DNA from: the human T2T-CHM13v2.0 reference genome, Homo sapiens
Assembly (NCBI RefSeq): GCF_009914755.1
Contig: NC_060936.1
Length of the DNA stretch: 64,000 bases
Strand: one strand, 5' to 3'
The position numbers and the translations under genes are program-made. Positions within the stretch are counted from its first letter, which is position 1, and each line of letters begins with the position of its first letter. The notes beneath the pieces are model-generated. The model was not told the origin of the DNA. It searched no databases and saw only the letters and a list, made by a program, of their open reading frames with translations. This document shows positions 45,615 to 58,316 of this stretch, one piece after another.

Positions 45615-46213
45615 TTATTAATTTTTTTTTAAAAAAAGTCAAAATCCCCATAAAGAAAAGCTCAGGGCACGATTGATTCACTGGTGAATTCTACCAAAAG
45701 TTTATAACAGAATTAAATCTTTCACAAACTTCTAAAACATGTAAGAGGAGGGGTCATTTCCCAACAACCCATTCTATAAGGTTAATACCTTGATATCAAA
45801 ACCAGACAAAGACATTGCAAGAACAGAAAACAACAGACCAATATCTTTAATGAATACAGATGCAAAAAATCCTCAACAAAATACTTGCAAACCGAATGCA
45901 ACAACAACAACAAAAAAGATGATACACGGGCCGGGCAGGGTGGCTCACGCCTGTAATCCCAGCACTTCGGGAGGCCAAGGCAGGCATATCGCTTGAGCCC
46001 AGGAGTTTAAGACCAGCCCGGGTAACATGGTGGAACCTCATCTCTACAAAAAATACAAAAAAAAATTAGCTGGGCGTAGTGGCATACTACTGTAGTCCCA
46101 GCTACTTGGGAGGCTGAGGTGGGAAGGTCACCTGAATCTGGGGAGGTCAAGGCTGCAGTGAGCTATGGAGAGCCACTGCACTCCAGCCTGGGCGACAGAG
46201 TGAGACCCTGTCT

Positions 46214-46246
<33 letters not shown>

Positions 46247-46381
46247 AGAAAAAAGAGAGAATGATGCATGATGACCAAATGGGATTAATTTTAGGAACGC
46301 AAGGTTGGTTCCAAAAATTTGTATCAATCAATGTTAATATACCATATTAATAAAACAAGGTTAAAAATGCATAATCATCTC

Positions 46382-47065
46382 TTGTGCGCCTGTGTCTTGA
46401 TCATGGAGCAGCCTCCCCAGGTCTCCTCTGCAAATGGGCTCCGTGGCCCAGTGCCCCTGACCCCACCACCTGTGATCGTGTGCCAAGGCCAGAGAGGGGT
46501 CGCCGCCCAGGCCGCCTGGGTTCCACTTCCAGCAGCAGCTCCTGTGGCAATACCAAGTGCCCTGGGGAAGCCATCCCCCACCCACCGGCTTTCCCCAAGG
46601 CTGACCCAGGTCACTGGTGGGCCAGCTTATTTTTCGGGAAGTCCACCCTCCTGTTCATGGCCACGGTGTTGGAGTTGGTAGAGCACCCGGAACCCCCCAG
46701 GCCTGCAGCAGCATGACCACCTGGGGCCTGGCTCGGGAAACCCCGAGGAAGCAGCCCGGTGGCCGGTCCAGCACAGCCCCATCCTGGACCCCTGTCCTGA
46801 CCTGAGTGGCCACCACCAGCCCCAGGCCTATGGAGGGACTAGGCCACCAGAGGCCCTGTCTGTCTCCCTCCCAGCTCCTCACCCTGTAGGACTAGGCAGC
46901 TGCAGCAAGTTGACTTTCACATCAACACAGCAGACACTGAAAAGGAGTGAGAAAGCCCTGCTCCCTACTGCCCCAGTACTTGTGAGCTCTCTTGATACCT
47001 GAAAATGTGCACCTGGCACCAAGTGGAAAATAAACTCCAAGCAACCAGAAAAACAAACAAAAAAA
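46382..47065 (+). pseudogene. Processed pseudogene of PPDPF inserted in the L1
   Basis: RLGSTSSSSSCGNTKCPGEAIPHPPAFPKADPGHWWASLFFGKSTLLFMATVLE...[frameshift ~46695]...QACSSMTTWGLARETPRKQPGG matches recalled PPDPF. Intronless, AATAAA at 47029-47034, A-rich tail, TSD gcataatcatctc at 46369-46381 and 47066-47078. Confidence 0.9.
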
Positions 47066-47257
47066 GCATAATCATCTCAATAGACTAAAAAATGATTTGG
47101 CAAAATGCAACGCCCTATCATAATAAAAATAGTTGAAAAACTAGGAATAGAAGCTAACTTCCTCAACCTTATAAAGGGCACCTATGAAAAACCCACCACT
47201 ACTTTATACTTAATGGTAAAAGACTGAAAAATTTCCCCCGATATTAAAAGAAGATAA

Positions 47258-47620
<363 letters not shown>

Positions 47621-48188
47621 TAATGGAAATTCCAGCTACAACTACTAGGCAAGAAAAAGAAATAAAAAGCATACAAATAGGCAGGGAAGAAATAAAACTG
47701 TCCCAATTTGCAGATGACATGACACTGTATAGAAAACCATAAGAAATAAATGAAAAACTATTTGGACTAATAAGCAAGTTCAGCAATATTACAGGATACA
47801 AAATCAACAGGTAATAATTTTTCTCACCACAAAAATGATAAGTAATTGAGGTTGTGTATATATCAATTAGCTTGATTTAATTATCCCACATTATATTTGT
47901 AAATCACAATATCACTTTGCACCTCATAAATATATACAATTATAAATTGTCAACTTACAATGAAATAAAAAAAATTTCTTGGGCAAGAATTACTGTGTCA
48001 AAGGATATGGTGCATTTTAAGGATCTTGATAACTAGCCAACTTGCTTTCCAGAAAGTTTATATGAGTTTATTCTTCCACTTGTCCATAAGAGAAGATTTC
48101 GAGGTTCTTTGAACATAATCCTATATTGAGAAATAATAAACCTTTGACAAGGCTTGGAGGCTTGATAAACCAATCAATTGTATTTCTA

Positions 48189-48625
<437 letters not shown>

Positions 48626-49157
48626 CTATGAAACATCATTTAAATAAATTTTAAAAGATCTAATAAATGAAAAGACATATGTTCACAGACTGGAGTACTT
48701 ATACTTAAGATGTTATATTCCCCTAATTCATTGACAGATTCAGCAAATTCCTGTAAGGATTCCAGCTGCCTTGAAACTGACAAGGTGATCCCAAAACTCA
48801 TAAAGGAATAGAAACCAATGTAGAGAAAATAATCTTAAAAAAGAACAAGGACTCAGACTTCCCAACTTAAAAACTTAATATAAAGGTAGTATAATCAATC
48901 TGTGCAGAACTGGTGAAAAGATGGATGTATACATCCATGAAATAGAATTGAGAGTCTGGAAGTAAACCCTCACATTTACTGTCAATTTTTAAAAAGTGTG
49001 GCAAGGCCAAAGACAGAATATTCTTTTCAACAAATGGTGCCAGGACAATGAGCATCCACATGCAAAGAATGAGGTTGGACAGCTAACTCACACCATACAC
49101 GAAAGTTAATTTATGCCTGTAATCCCAACACTTTGGGAGGCGAAGGCGGGTAGATCA

Positions 49158-49433
<276 letters not shown>

Positions 49434-50214
49434 TTAAGACTTTGATAAAACATAAAACAAAAAACATTAAAGAGCTAAACTATATGAATCTCAGAAAAAA
49501 AGGGCATAGATCTTCATTTTCTAACATTTGGCAATGAATTCTTACATGTGTCACCGCAAGTACAAGCAACCAGAGGTAAAATAAATAGGACTTCACCAAA
49601 CTTAAAATCTTTTGTGTTTCAAAGAACACCATCATGAAAGGGATACAAAAACACAGAGTTGAATAAATTATCTGCAATTCATGTATCTGATAAGGTCTAT
49701 TATCCAGAAGAGATAAAGAACACTAGCAAATCAAAAATAAAATGTCTAACAAATTTTCAAAATTAAAATAGGATTTGCATAGATACTGCCCTAAAGAAGA
49801 TACACAAATTGGCAATAAATAAATGAAAACATGTTTAAAATCATTAGTTAATAGGGAAATGCCAATCAAAACCCCTGAAATATCACTTCACATCCACTAG
49901 CATGGCTATAATTTAAAAAGCAAACACAAGTGTTAGCAATGATTACAGAAATTGGGACCTTCCCACATTGCCTGTGCAAATATAAAAAGGAAAAAAGACT
50001 TTGGTGATTCCTCAGACAGTTACTCACAGAGCTACGAATATGGCCTAGCAGTTCCAATGCTAGATATATATCCAGGAGAAATAAAAATCATATGTTCACC
50101 AGGCGCGGTGGCTCACACCTGTAATCCCAGCACTTTGGGAGGCCGAGGCGGGCGCATCACCTGAGGTCAGGAGTTCGAGACCAGCCTCAACATGGAGAAA
50201 CTCCGTCTCTACTA

Positions 50215-50373
<159 letters not shown>

Positions 50374-50981
50374 TCAAAAAAAAAAAAAAATCATACGTTT
50401 ATACAACAACTCGAAGATGGGTGTTCATAGCAGCACTATTGATAGTAGCCAAAAAATGAAAATAACGCATCTGTCCATCACTGATAAATGGAAAAACGAA
50501 ACGAGTTATGCTCACACAATGGATGGTATTCCACCATAAACAGGTAAGGTCCAGGTATGGCCACAACACAGGTGAACGTGAATACTTTCTGCCTACTGAA
50601 GAAGCCAGGACATAGAAGACAGCCCATTGTATGATTCTATGTATATGAAATACACAGAATACAAAAATTCGCAGACAGAAAGCAGATTAGAGGCTGGCAG
50701 GGCAGGGTGTGTGGAGAGAATGGGGTTGGCTGACATGGGCAAGGGGTTTCTCTTTGGAGTGGTGAAGTACTAGAATTAGGTAGTGGGGACGATGGCAAAA
50801 CCAGAATATACTAAAAACCACTGAATTGTATCCTTCAAAAAGGTGCATTTATGGAATGTGAATTATATTTCATTATATATCAATACAAAAGAATATGACA
50901 ACAATTTATTTTGTTTCTAAATATGATGCACTAAACTGCAACAATTGCTAGTGAATAAATTCAATGATTAAATTCCCGCAG

Positions 50982-53900
50982 GCACTTCAGTGGAGGGGGT
51001 GGTACAGGATGATATTTGAGGCTTAACCTCGTTCTTTAGCCAGATCCGGTTTTGATGCTGCTGAACAGCTGTGGGGCCAGGGGGTACATTTTCTTCCCCA
51101 AGAATCCATCCCCATGTACATCCTTTATTGGAATCCATTATCTTCTTATCACTAACTGTCCAGTGGGGCATTTGAATGAAAGTGGAGTTAGGAAGAGGGA
51201 TCCTGCAGTGTGGTGTGCCTAAAATACCCCACAGAGGGATTGTGTGGGAACAGTGGCTTTCTTTAGATAACAGTGTAGAAAGTCAGCACAACACAGTGAC
51301 CAGAGCATGGGTGCTGGTGCCTGATGGCTTGAGATCAAAGCCACGTGTGCCTGGGACTGTCACTCAGTCCCTTTGTCCTCAGCTCTCTGTTCTGGGGTGA
51401 GAACATGTTACTAGGGCTTGCGTAGTACTACCATGTTATAAGGGCTAAAGGTAAACACAGACACAGCCTAGAGAAAAATGACGGGTACTTCATAAGCACT
51501 GCCTACCTAAGTGTTCAATGATTACACATCTGGAAAAATAAAAAAGACAAGCAGCATTGGTGACCCCCAGAGAGGCAACATGGAGGGTGACAGACGGGGG
51601 AAGGACAGGGCCCTACTATTCCACATGGGCATGTGCACGACACTTTACACCTCCTGGATGGGCAGAGCAGGGGCTGTAACATTTACTTTATGGTTCAGGG
51701 CACTGAAATTGACAGAGATTCAGTGACGTGCTCAGAATAGCAACACTGATGAATAATGAAGCTCAGGCAGGGAATTTAGTTGGCTCCCAAGGGATGGAGA
51801 TCCCTGAACACCTGAGACTGAGGCAGGAGATCAACAGGACTCACTTTCTGAGCAACTATCACAGCCCTGCTGATGAAAACAAGATGTAGCAAAGAAACCA
51901 GCCCAAACCAGCTAGGACTAGGAATTCTATTGTATACTCTTGAGTCACCCCCACCAGGGCCATGACAGTTTACAAATGCCATGGCAATGACCCGGAAGTT
52001 ACCATATGGTTCCGGGACTCCTGGTTCTTTTCCAGAAAATCGTGAATAGCCCACCCCTTAATTGGCATATAATTAAGAGTAGGTATAAATAAAGCTAGCC
52101 ATCATGCCACTGGTGCTACACGCCTCTGGGACAGCCCTGCTCTGTCTGTGGAACAGCCATTTTGGCAGACACTGTTGTTCACACAAACTTGCCGGCTTTC
52201 ACCATTGGCTGGCTCTTGTTTCCTGAGCAAATCCAAGGACCGTCATGGCCTAAGGTCCAATTTTGGAGTTCGCCTGCATCAAGACCATTAGATCATGCCC
52301 TGGACGCTGAACCGAGGAACCTCCTTACTCCTTTCCCAAATCCTCCCACCCCCACGGCTGCTGCAGGGAGACACTGTTGCCTGGAGGAGGTGCTTGGCCC
52401 AAGAGAAGGGCCCAAACCCTGACTCAACTCCCAGCTTTACATTTCAACCCCTGACCCAAGATGTGATGACTTTCCCCCAAATGAAGCCCTGCTGAATGCG
52501 TGGGGTCCAAATTTGTGTCTGTCTCCCACCACACTTGACTCTGTGGTTGCCTTGTGAAGAGACTTCCCTGTGGTCTGGTGACTGCCCTGAATGACCAGTA
52601 GCCTCCTTGACTCCCAACCGACTCGGAATGCAGGAGGTCCCCCACCAACTGCCCACGTGACCGTTGGACTTTGAATCAGATTCACCTTCAACTGACCAAA
52701 CCGGGCTGCTGGGCAGTGCAGATTCTTTCAATGAAAAAGCGGCCTGCTGGGCTGGGGCTTGGGCAGCGTAGGGAGTGAAGCCGGCAAGCTGCCAGGGTCT
52801 CAGTGCCTCCTCTTGATCACAGCAGCTGCCCCAGCAGTCTGGACTCAGGCCTGGCTGAGAAGAGGCAGTGGCTGCCCCAGCTCTGAGTGGGCGCCTCCCT
52901 GCTCCTGTCCTTCCTCACCAAGACTCAGGCCCTGCTGTACAAACCACAGCAATGATTCCAATCTCCTGATAGCTTCAGGTCCAGGACGCCTTCAGTGGAG
53001 GAGCTGGCAGGTGGTGATGTCTGAGGCTCCTCCTGCCTTTGCCCAGATGCCGACGGGATGCTTCTGGGAATGGCCAGGAGGTTTTCTTCAGCCCAGATCA
53101 CTTTTCTGGCATAGTCTGGATTTGAATCTTCCATGATCTGTTCTTGTTGTATCTCTGAGCCATGAGCTTTGGAAAAATGCATTGAAAATAGAGCCCCCTG
53201 TTGATACGGTGCAGGCAGGAGACGGTGGGCAGGTGTTCACCTTTCCCAAGTCACACTTGTCTCCAACAGCTGCCTCGGGGAGCAACCGAGTCAAAGCTGG
53301 CTTAGCGGGAGGCGTCCTGAGGTGCTGTGAGCACTTCACATAACACCCGGATGATTGCGTGGGGACGTTACTCTAATGAGACAATTCAGGAGGGCAGCTG
53401 AGCTCAGTGACTTAGAGCAAGTGGCAGGTGCCTGATGTCCTGGGCTCAGATCCTACCTAGAAGCAGACCCAAACGAAGCCAACAGAAAAATGACTGACAC
53501 TTCATAAGTGCTAGAAAACTGCTCAAATACATAATGTCTGAGGGAATGAAGGAGATCTGTAGTAGTGGTTGCCTCAGAGTGGCTACAAGTCACGAGTCAC
53601 TTTCCAGCCTTTCCATGGGCAGGAACTTCTAGCTCCTGAAGAGGATCTGTTGTCATCCCTCATGACCCTCACAGGAGCCCCGTGAAGTGGGCGGAGCAGG
53701 GCTGTGACCCACATTTTACAGTTGAGGACACTAAAATTGACAGGGCCTAAGTGACATACCCAGAGTCACAACACTAAGGAGGGACGAGGCTGAGCCGGGA
53801 ACGTAGTTGGTTTCCTGGAGACGGAGATCCCTGAAGCCCAGTTTCCTCTAGATCATGCCCTGGGTGCCTGACCCAGGGCTTCCCTCACCCCATTTCCCAA

Positions 53901-54485
53901 ATCCTCTTGTTCCAGGATTACTTTGGAGAGAGGTGATGTCCTGCAGGAGGTGGCTGACACAGCCTCCTGCATCTATGTTGTAATCCTTGACCCAAAATAT
54001 GATGCAGCTGACCCCAAATGAAGACCCTTTGAAGGATCAGGGTGTCCAATCTGCGCCACTCCTGCCCCAGCACCTTCACACCATGAGCCACCTCAAGGTG
54101 AGGCTTCTGGATGTGCCAGCGACCACCCTGAATGACTAGTGTCCTTCTTGACTCCCCACTGGCTCAGAGCTCAGGACTCCCATGCCAGCCACACCCATAG
54201 GACAGAGCCTCCCAAAGAATTCGCTTCACTGTAACTGACAAACTCTTACGAGCAGGGAAGGCGAGTTAACTGGGGAGGAGGCCTGCTGGACTGGTGCTCT
54301 GCTATCTCAATCAGTGAAGCCCGTCAGCCCCCTGCTTCCCTTTCCCTTTATGGACTAAAGATCTGAGCAGCTGTCTGAGCATCCCCGACTCAGGCCTGGC
54401 TGGGAAGAGGCAGTGAATGCTCCAGCACATCATGGGCACCTCCTTGCTCACATTCTTCCTCACCAAGACGCAGGAGGTGCTGCCA
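50982..54485 (+). repeat. Ancient diverged tandem duplication (units ~50982-52987 and ~52988-54485)
   Basis: Colinear shared blocks, e.g. cttcagtggagg, ggagatccctgaa, tagatcatgccctgg, ttcccaaatcctc, ccccaaatgaag, ccctgaatgac...cttgactccc, gactcaggcctggctg-gaagaggcagtg, cttcctcaccaagac-cagg. Confidence 0.85.
51819..52281 (+). mobile_element. MER41-family solo LTR (ERV1)
   Basis: ccatgacagtttacaaatgccatggcaa...ggaagttacc core; TG...CA termini; 4-bp TSD agac (51815-51818 and 52282-52285). Confidence 0.8.
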
Positions 54486-55179
54486 AACATCACCAAAGAC
54501 TTTGGAGTTTTACTGACGCAAAGGCAGGAAAGACACGGTTTTCCGGGAAAGATCATTTTTAAAAAATCACAGCAAGAAAAGATGATGACAAACACTGCAC
54601 ACTCAAAGCCCAGAGGCACCAAACCTCTCCCTATTGAGTCAGTAAGGATGACAAGGACAAAGCAGCCTTCCATACACGTTTCCTTTCACTTTCTAATTTC
54701 ATCCCCCACTTCCTCAGTCTCTAAGGCAGCAGGCCAACCCCAACTGCTACAGGCACCCTCCTTCATTGGGTCCCTCCTGGGTTGTTTTAAACCTGGAGTG
54801 TCTTCTTCATCACTGCTTGAATCATGTCTTCTGTTGACAATGGAGTCTCTAGAGACAAAAGTGGGAAGACAATTATTCCAGAGGAAGGTTCATCCATCCC
54901 TCCTCCTCCAGCTGAGGTCAAGCTGGATCACACAAGACCACCCTGCTCTCTCTCTTGGTCTGTTCAACCCTCCTTTAACTCTGTGGAGTCCAGAGTCTCT
55001 AACAAGACACAGCTCACGGGTGCAAACCCTCAGGAGAGAGCACCCCCATCATCTTCCCACTTCCGCATTTCCGCTGGATCGTTAGAGCTCGTTCCTCCAG
55101 TCCCATTCACCTGAAATTCCAACTTTGATGCACAGGTTTCTTAGTTAGATGAGTTCCATGAACAGACCCCATGCCAGGC

Positions 55180-55345
55180 TCAGAGCAGGTTCCCAAGAGT
55201 GTGTTCTGTGTGGATGGAAATGTTCTCTGTGCTGTTGCATAAGGTGGCCGCTGGCACAAACTCTGTGGGGCACTGGAAATGTGGCCAGTGTGAATGAAGA
55301 TTGGAATTTCTCATTTTATTGTGATTAACTGCACTAATGAATGAA
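55180..55345. mobile_element. MER3-like DNA transposon fragment
   Basis: ttctgtgtggatggaaatgttct...gcactggaaatgtggccagtgtgaatgaaga. Confidence 0.6.
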
Positions 55346-55889
55346 TGAGTTATACACAGCACCTCCAGGCTGGGATTCCCACGCTAGATGCTGCAGCTCT
55401 AGAGATACAAACATGAAAAGGACATGACTCCCTCCCTGGGTGTTTCCTTGCAGTGGGGTTGGGTGCTCTGATCCCATCATTCATGTGTGGCTTCTGAGGG
55501 CCTCTGCAAGGAAACAGGATTTTTTTTAGCACCTGCACAAGGGCCAGGCACTGTGTGAGATATGGGGATACAACCATGAGGACAGTGCCTTGGCCTAGAG
55601 GGAAGCCGTGGGGAGGGGGTTACACTTGCACACAGAGAAGTGAAACCAACCTTGTCTAAACAGCATCAGAGCAGAGAGACCCCAGGAAAATGGACATCCC
55701 AGGGTCTGCAGGAGCCCACCCTCACCACCCTCTGACTTGGGTCAGATCCTGGGAAGACGCCTCGTTCAGTGAGAAGGTCCAACAGGCTGAACAGTGTGAG
55801 GAGGGAACCTTTGCCCACTCGAGCTAGAGCCCAGCCCAGGGGTGTTTTCATGAGACCTTCATGTGGCCTAAGACAGGCTGCCCAGGGCT

Positions 55890-56240
55890 GAGCGCTGTGA
55901 TGAGAGGAAATGCGGAGGGCACATTCCTGCCCCTGCACTGAACAGCTGCAGCCGCATTGCGGATCCCCATGAGTGCGAGGACTCAAGAGTTTGGGCCTGA
56001 GAACTCTAAGACCATTTCAGAGAAAATCTCAAACCCACGTCCTCTGGGCTGTGAAACAGAGGATCAAGGATGATCTGGGCTCTGGGATCAGCCTCCATCA
56101 CTTTGCTGAGCTTGCCCTGAACGGGAGCCGGTGCCCTCGCTCCTTCCAGGGAGCTACAGTGTGAGCAGCTGCCCTGGCCAGGTGGGGCCACACTGCCTTC
56201 AGTTTCAATGCACTTCTGGGCCAGGCAATCTTTGGCTAGT
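55890..56240 (+). pseudogene. Possible degenerate FRG2-like exon
   Basis: A single frame AHSCPCTEQLQPH...KSLGLRT...RKSQTHVLWAVKQRIKDDL...FQGATV*...HTAFSFNA aligns weakly by eye with the recalled FRG2 C-terminus. Confidence 0.3.
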
Positions 56241-56309
56241 GCTGTCTACAGAGGGCGCTTGACAGGCAACTTCCGGAAGCACGTGGAAGATGGAAACTGG
56301 TTTCTGTCC

Positions 56310-56454
56310 AGCCCCAGAAAGGTCAGTCTGGGAACTTCTGTGTGTCTGGCCTGACCTTGACAACCATCCCTGCTGAACTATGAGCCCCAGGAAGGTCAGT
56401 CTGGGAACTTCTGTGTGTCTGGCCTGACCTTGACACCATCCCTGCTGAACTATG
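56310..56454 (+). repeat. Recent 73-bp tandem duplication
   Basis: Two near-identical copies, 56310-56382 and 56383-56454. Confidence 0.95.
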
Positions 56455-57849
56455 TCCCCCAGTCTGGCTCAGAGGACCGGAAACCTGATTCCTACTCTCT
56501 GCCTCTCGCCAGCTTCCAGGATGGAAAGGCCTGCTTTGTCACACAGCATGATGAAGACGCCCGTCCCCAGCTCCTGTCACAGCTTCAACAGGAAGGAACT
56601 ACCCTCTCTTAAGAAATGTCAGCGATGTCCATGCAGGGTCACTCCAGCCAGGACCGTCCCCCCTGCTCTTTCCCACTTAGAAGGAGCAGGAAAATCATAG
56701 GACTCAGGGGATGATGATGTCATGAGTCTCCTGACATTAAAACCCTGGAATCTATCCTCCCCAACCCCAACTCACCGGGCCCGGGGACCCTTGTGACTTC
56801 CTTCTATCCCTCTATATCTTCTCCCTCTGCAGGCCCAGCCTGGGGCCGGAGCCCTGCCTTCTCCCACAGAGTCCACTGAGCGGCCATCTCTGGATTCCTG
56901 GAGTCCTTGATCTTGTCGTCACTGCTTTTAGCATTGAGGTCCTCACCTTGGGTTTTTTCTCAAGCACCACTGGGAAACTGTGTTCTAGAGAGTAAGAAAT
57001 GTCTAGGACAGCCTTGTTATGAGAAGCATGTTTCTGTAGGCAAAAGTGACCCTTTTCAAATGGAGCAGTCTCATCTTTTTGCTTTGTGGGGATAAATATC
57101 AAGAGGTCAATTGCAGGCTAATGGATTTCTATGATGATACAAAGCATTTCACGTGGTGTTCATGATCCAAATGGTTCCTCAAGCCATAGTATGCCTCATT
57201 TTACACCTACTTTTGCTTAAGCAAGAATCCTGTTTTCTTGCAAAGGCCCTCAGAAGCCAGCAGACACCTATTTCACCCAGGAGGTTCGGCAGGGAATCGG
57301 GTGGGGATTTCTTTGTCATTACACTGACTTGATCTTTCCCCACCCTGCAATGCACAACCTAACATGTCCTCCTCCTAGGAACAGAGCCATGTGCCTGCCC
57401 TGATGCTCAGCCATTGATGAAGCCCCTTTGTCATTTTACATAGTGCATGTGGCCCAACCACACAGAAGCCGTGGCTGGCAGAGGTGATGATGGGAGGCAG
57501 ATTTTCCACATTCTTGGCAACATTATCTGTAGTGAAACTTTAGACTTCAGTTGAGAAGGTCGCTGAGTGCATGGAAGATCCTTCTTTCCCTGATTTCTAC
57601 CAGAACTGGCTGGGCAGTGGCTGCAGGGTTACTGGGAAATTTCAAACTTGGGGTGGAGCCACAGGACTCCAGTGCAGGGGGCTGCTGGTGTCCCTGGTCC
57701 AGGCCTTGCTGACACTGGGGGGCGTTGGAAGGGCCTGGGCAGATGGGAAGAAGCTCCCACTGGAGCCAACAAGAGACCTTGCAAGGAAAAGCTGGGAAGG
57801 GGGAGTGGCGACCATGGGGTGACCTCAAAGACAGATGCTGGCAGTGAAT

Positions 57850-58290
57850 GAATATTGCTGAGGAGGATAAGGCCGTCTGAAAAAGCTGCCTACTCCATGA
57901 TTCCAAGCCTATACAATTCTGGGAGAGAAAACTCTAGACACAGTGAAAAGGATTCTTGTTGCCAGGGCTTCTGGCAAAGGGGAGAGGGATGCACAGGGGA
58001 AACACAGGAAGTGTTTAAGGCATGCAGCTACTTCGTATGGGTGGTGAATGGCATTCGGAGTTTGTCACAACCCATAGAGGGCACAACACGGTGAACCTCC
58101 ATGCAAACTCCTGACTTCAGATCGTAAAAATGTATCCATATTGGTTTAGTCATTGTTACACACATGGACCACACCACTGAAAATGGGGTTAAGAAAAGAA
58201 AAGGGTGGACAAAGGATCTGAGACCTTTCTGTTCTGTCTGTTCCATTTTCATGTTAATTTCAAACTGTTCTACACAATGACTATTTTAGT
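57850..58290 (+). mobile_element. Old L1 3' end fragment (L1MC/MD-like)
   Basis: atattgctgag...aaaagctgcctactccatgattcc...ttgccagggct...tttgtcacaacccatagag. Confidence 0.65.
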
Positions 58291-58316
58291 CAAGGTTGGC
58301 AACACTCTTTTGAGTG

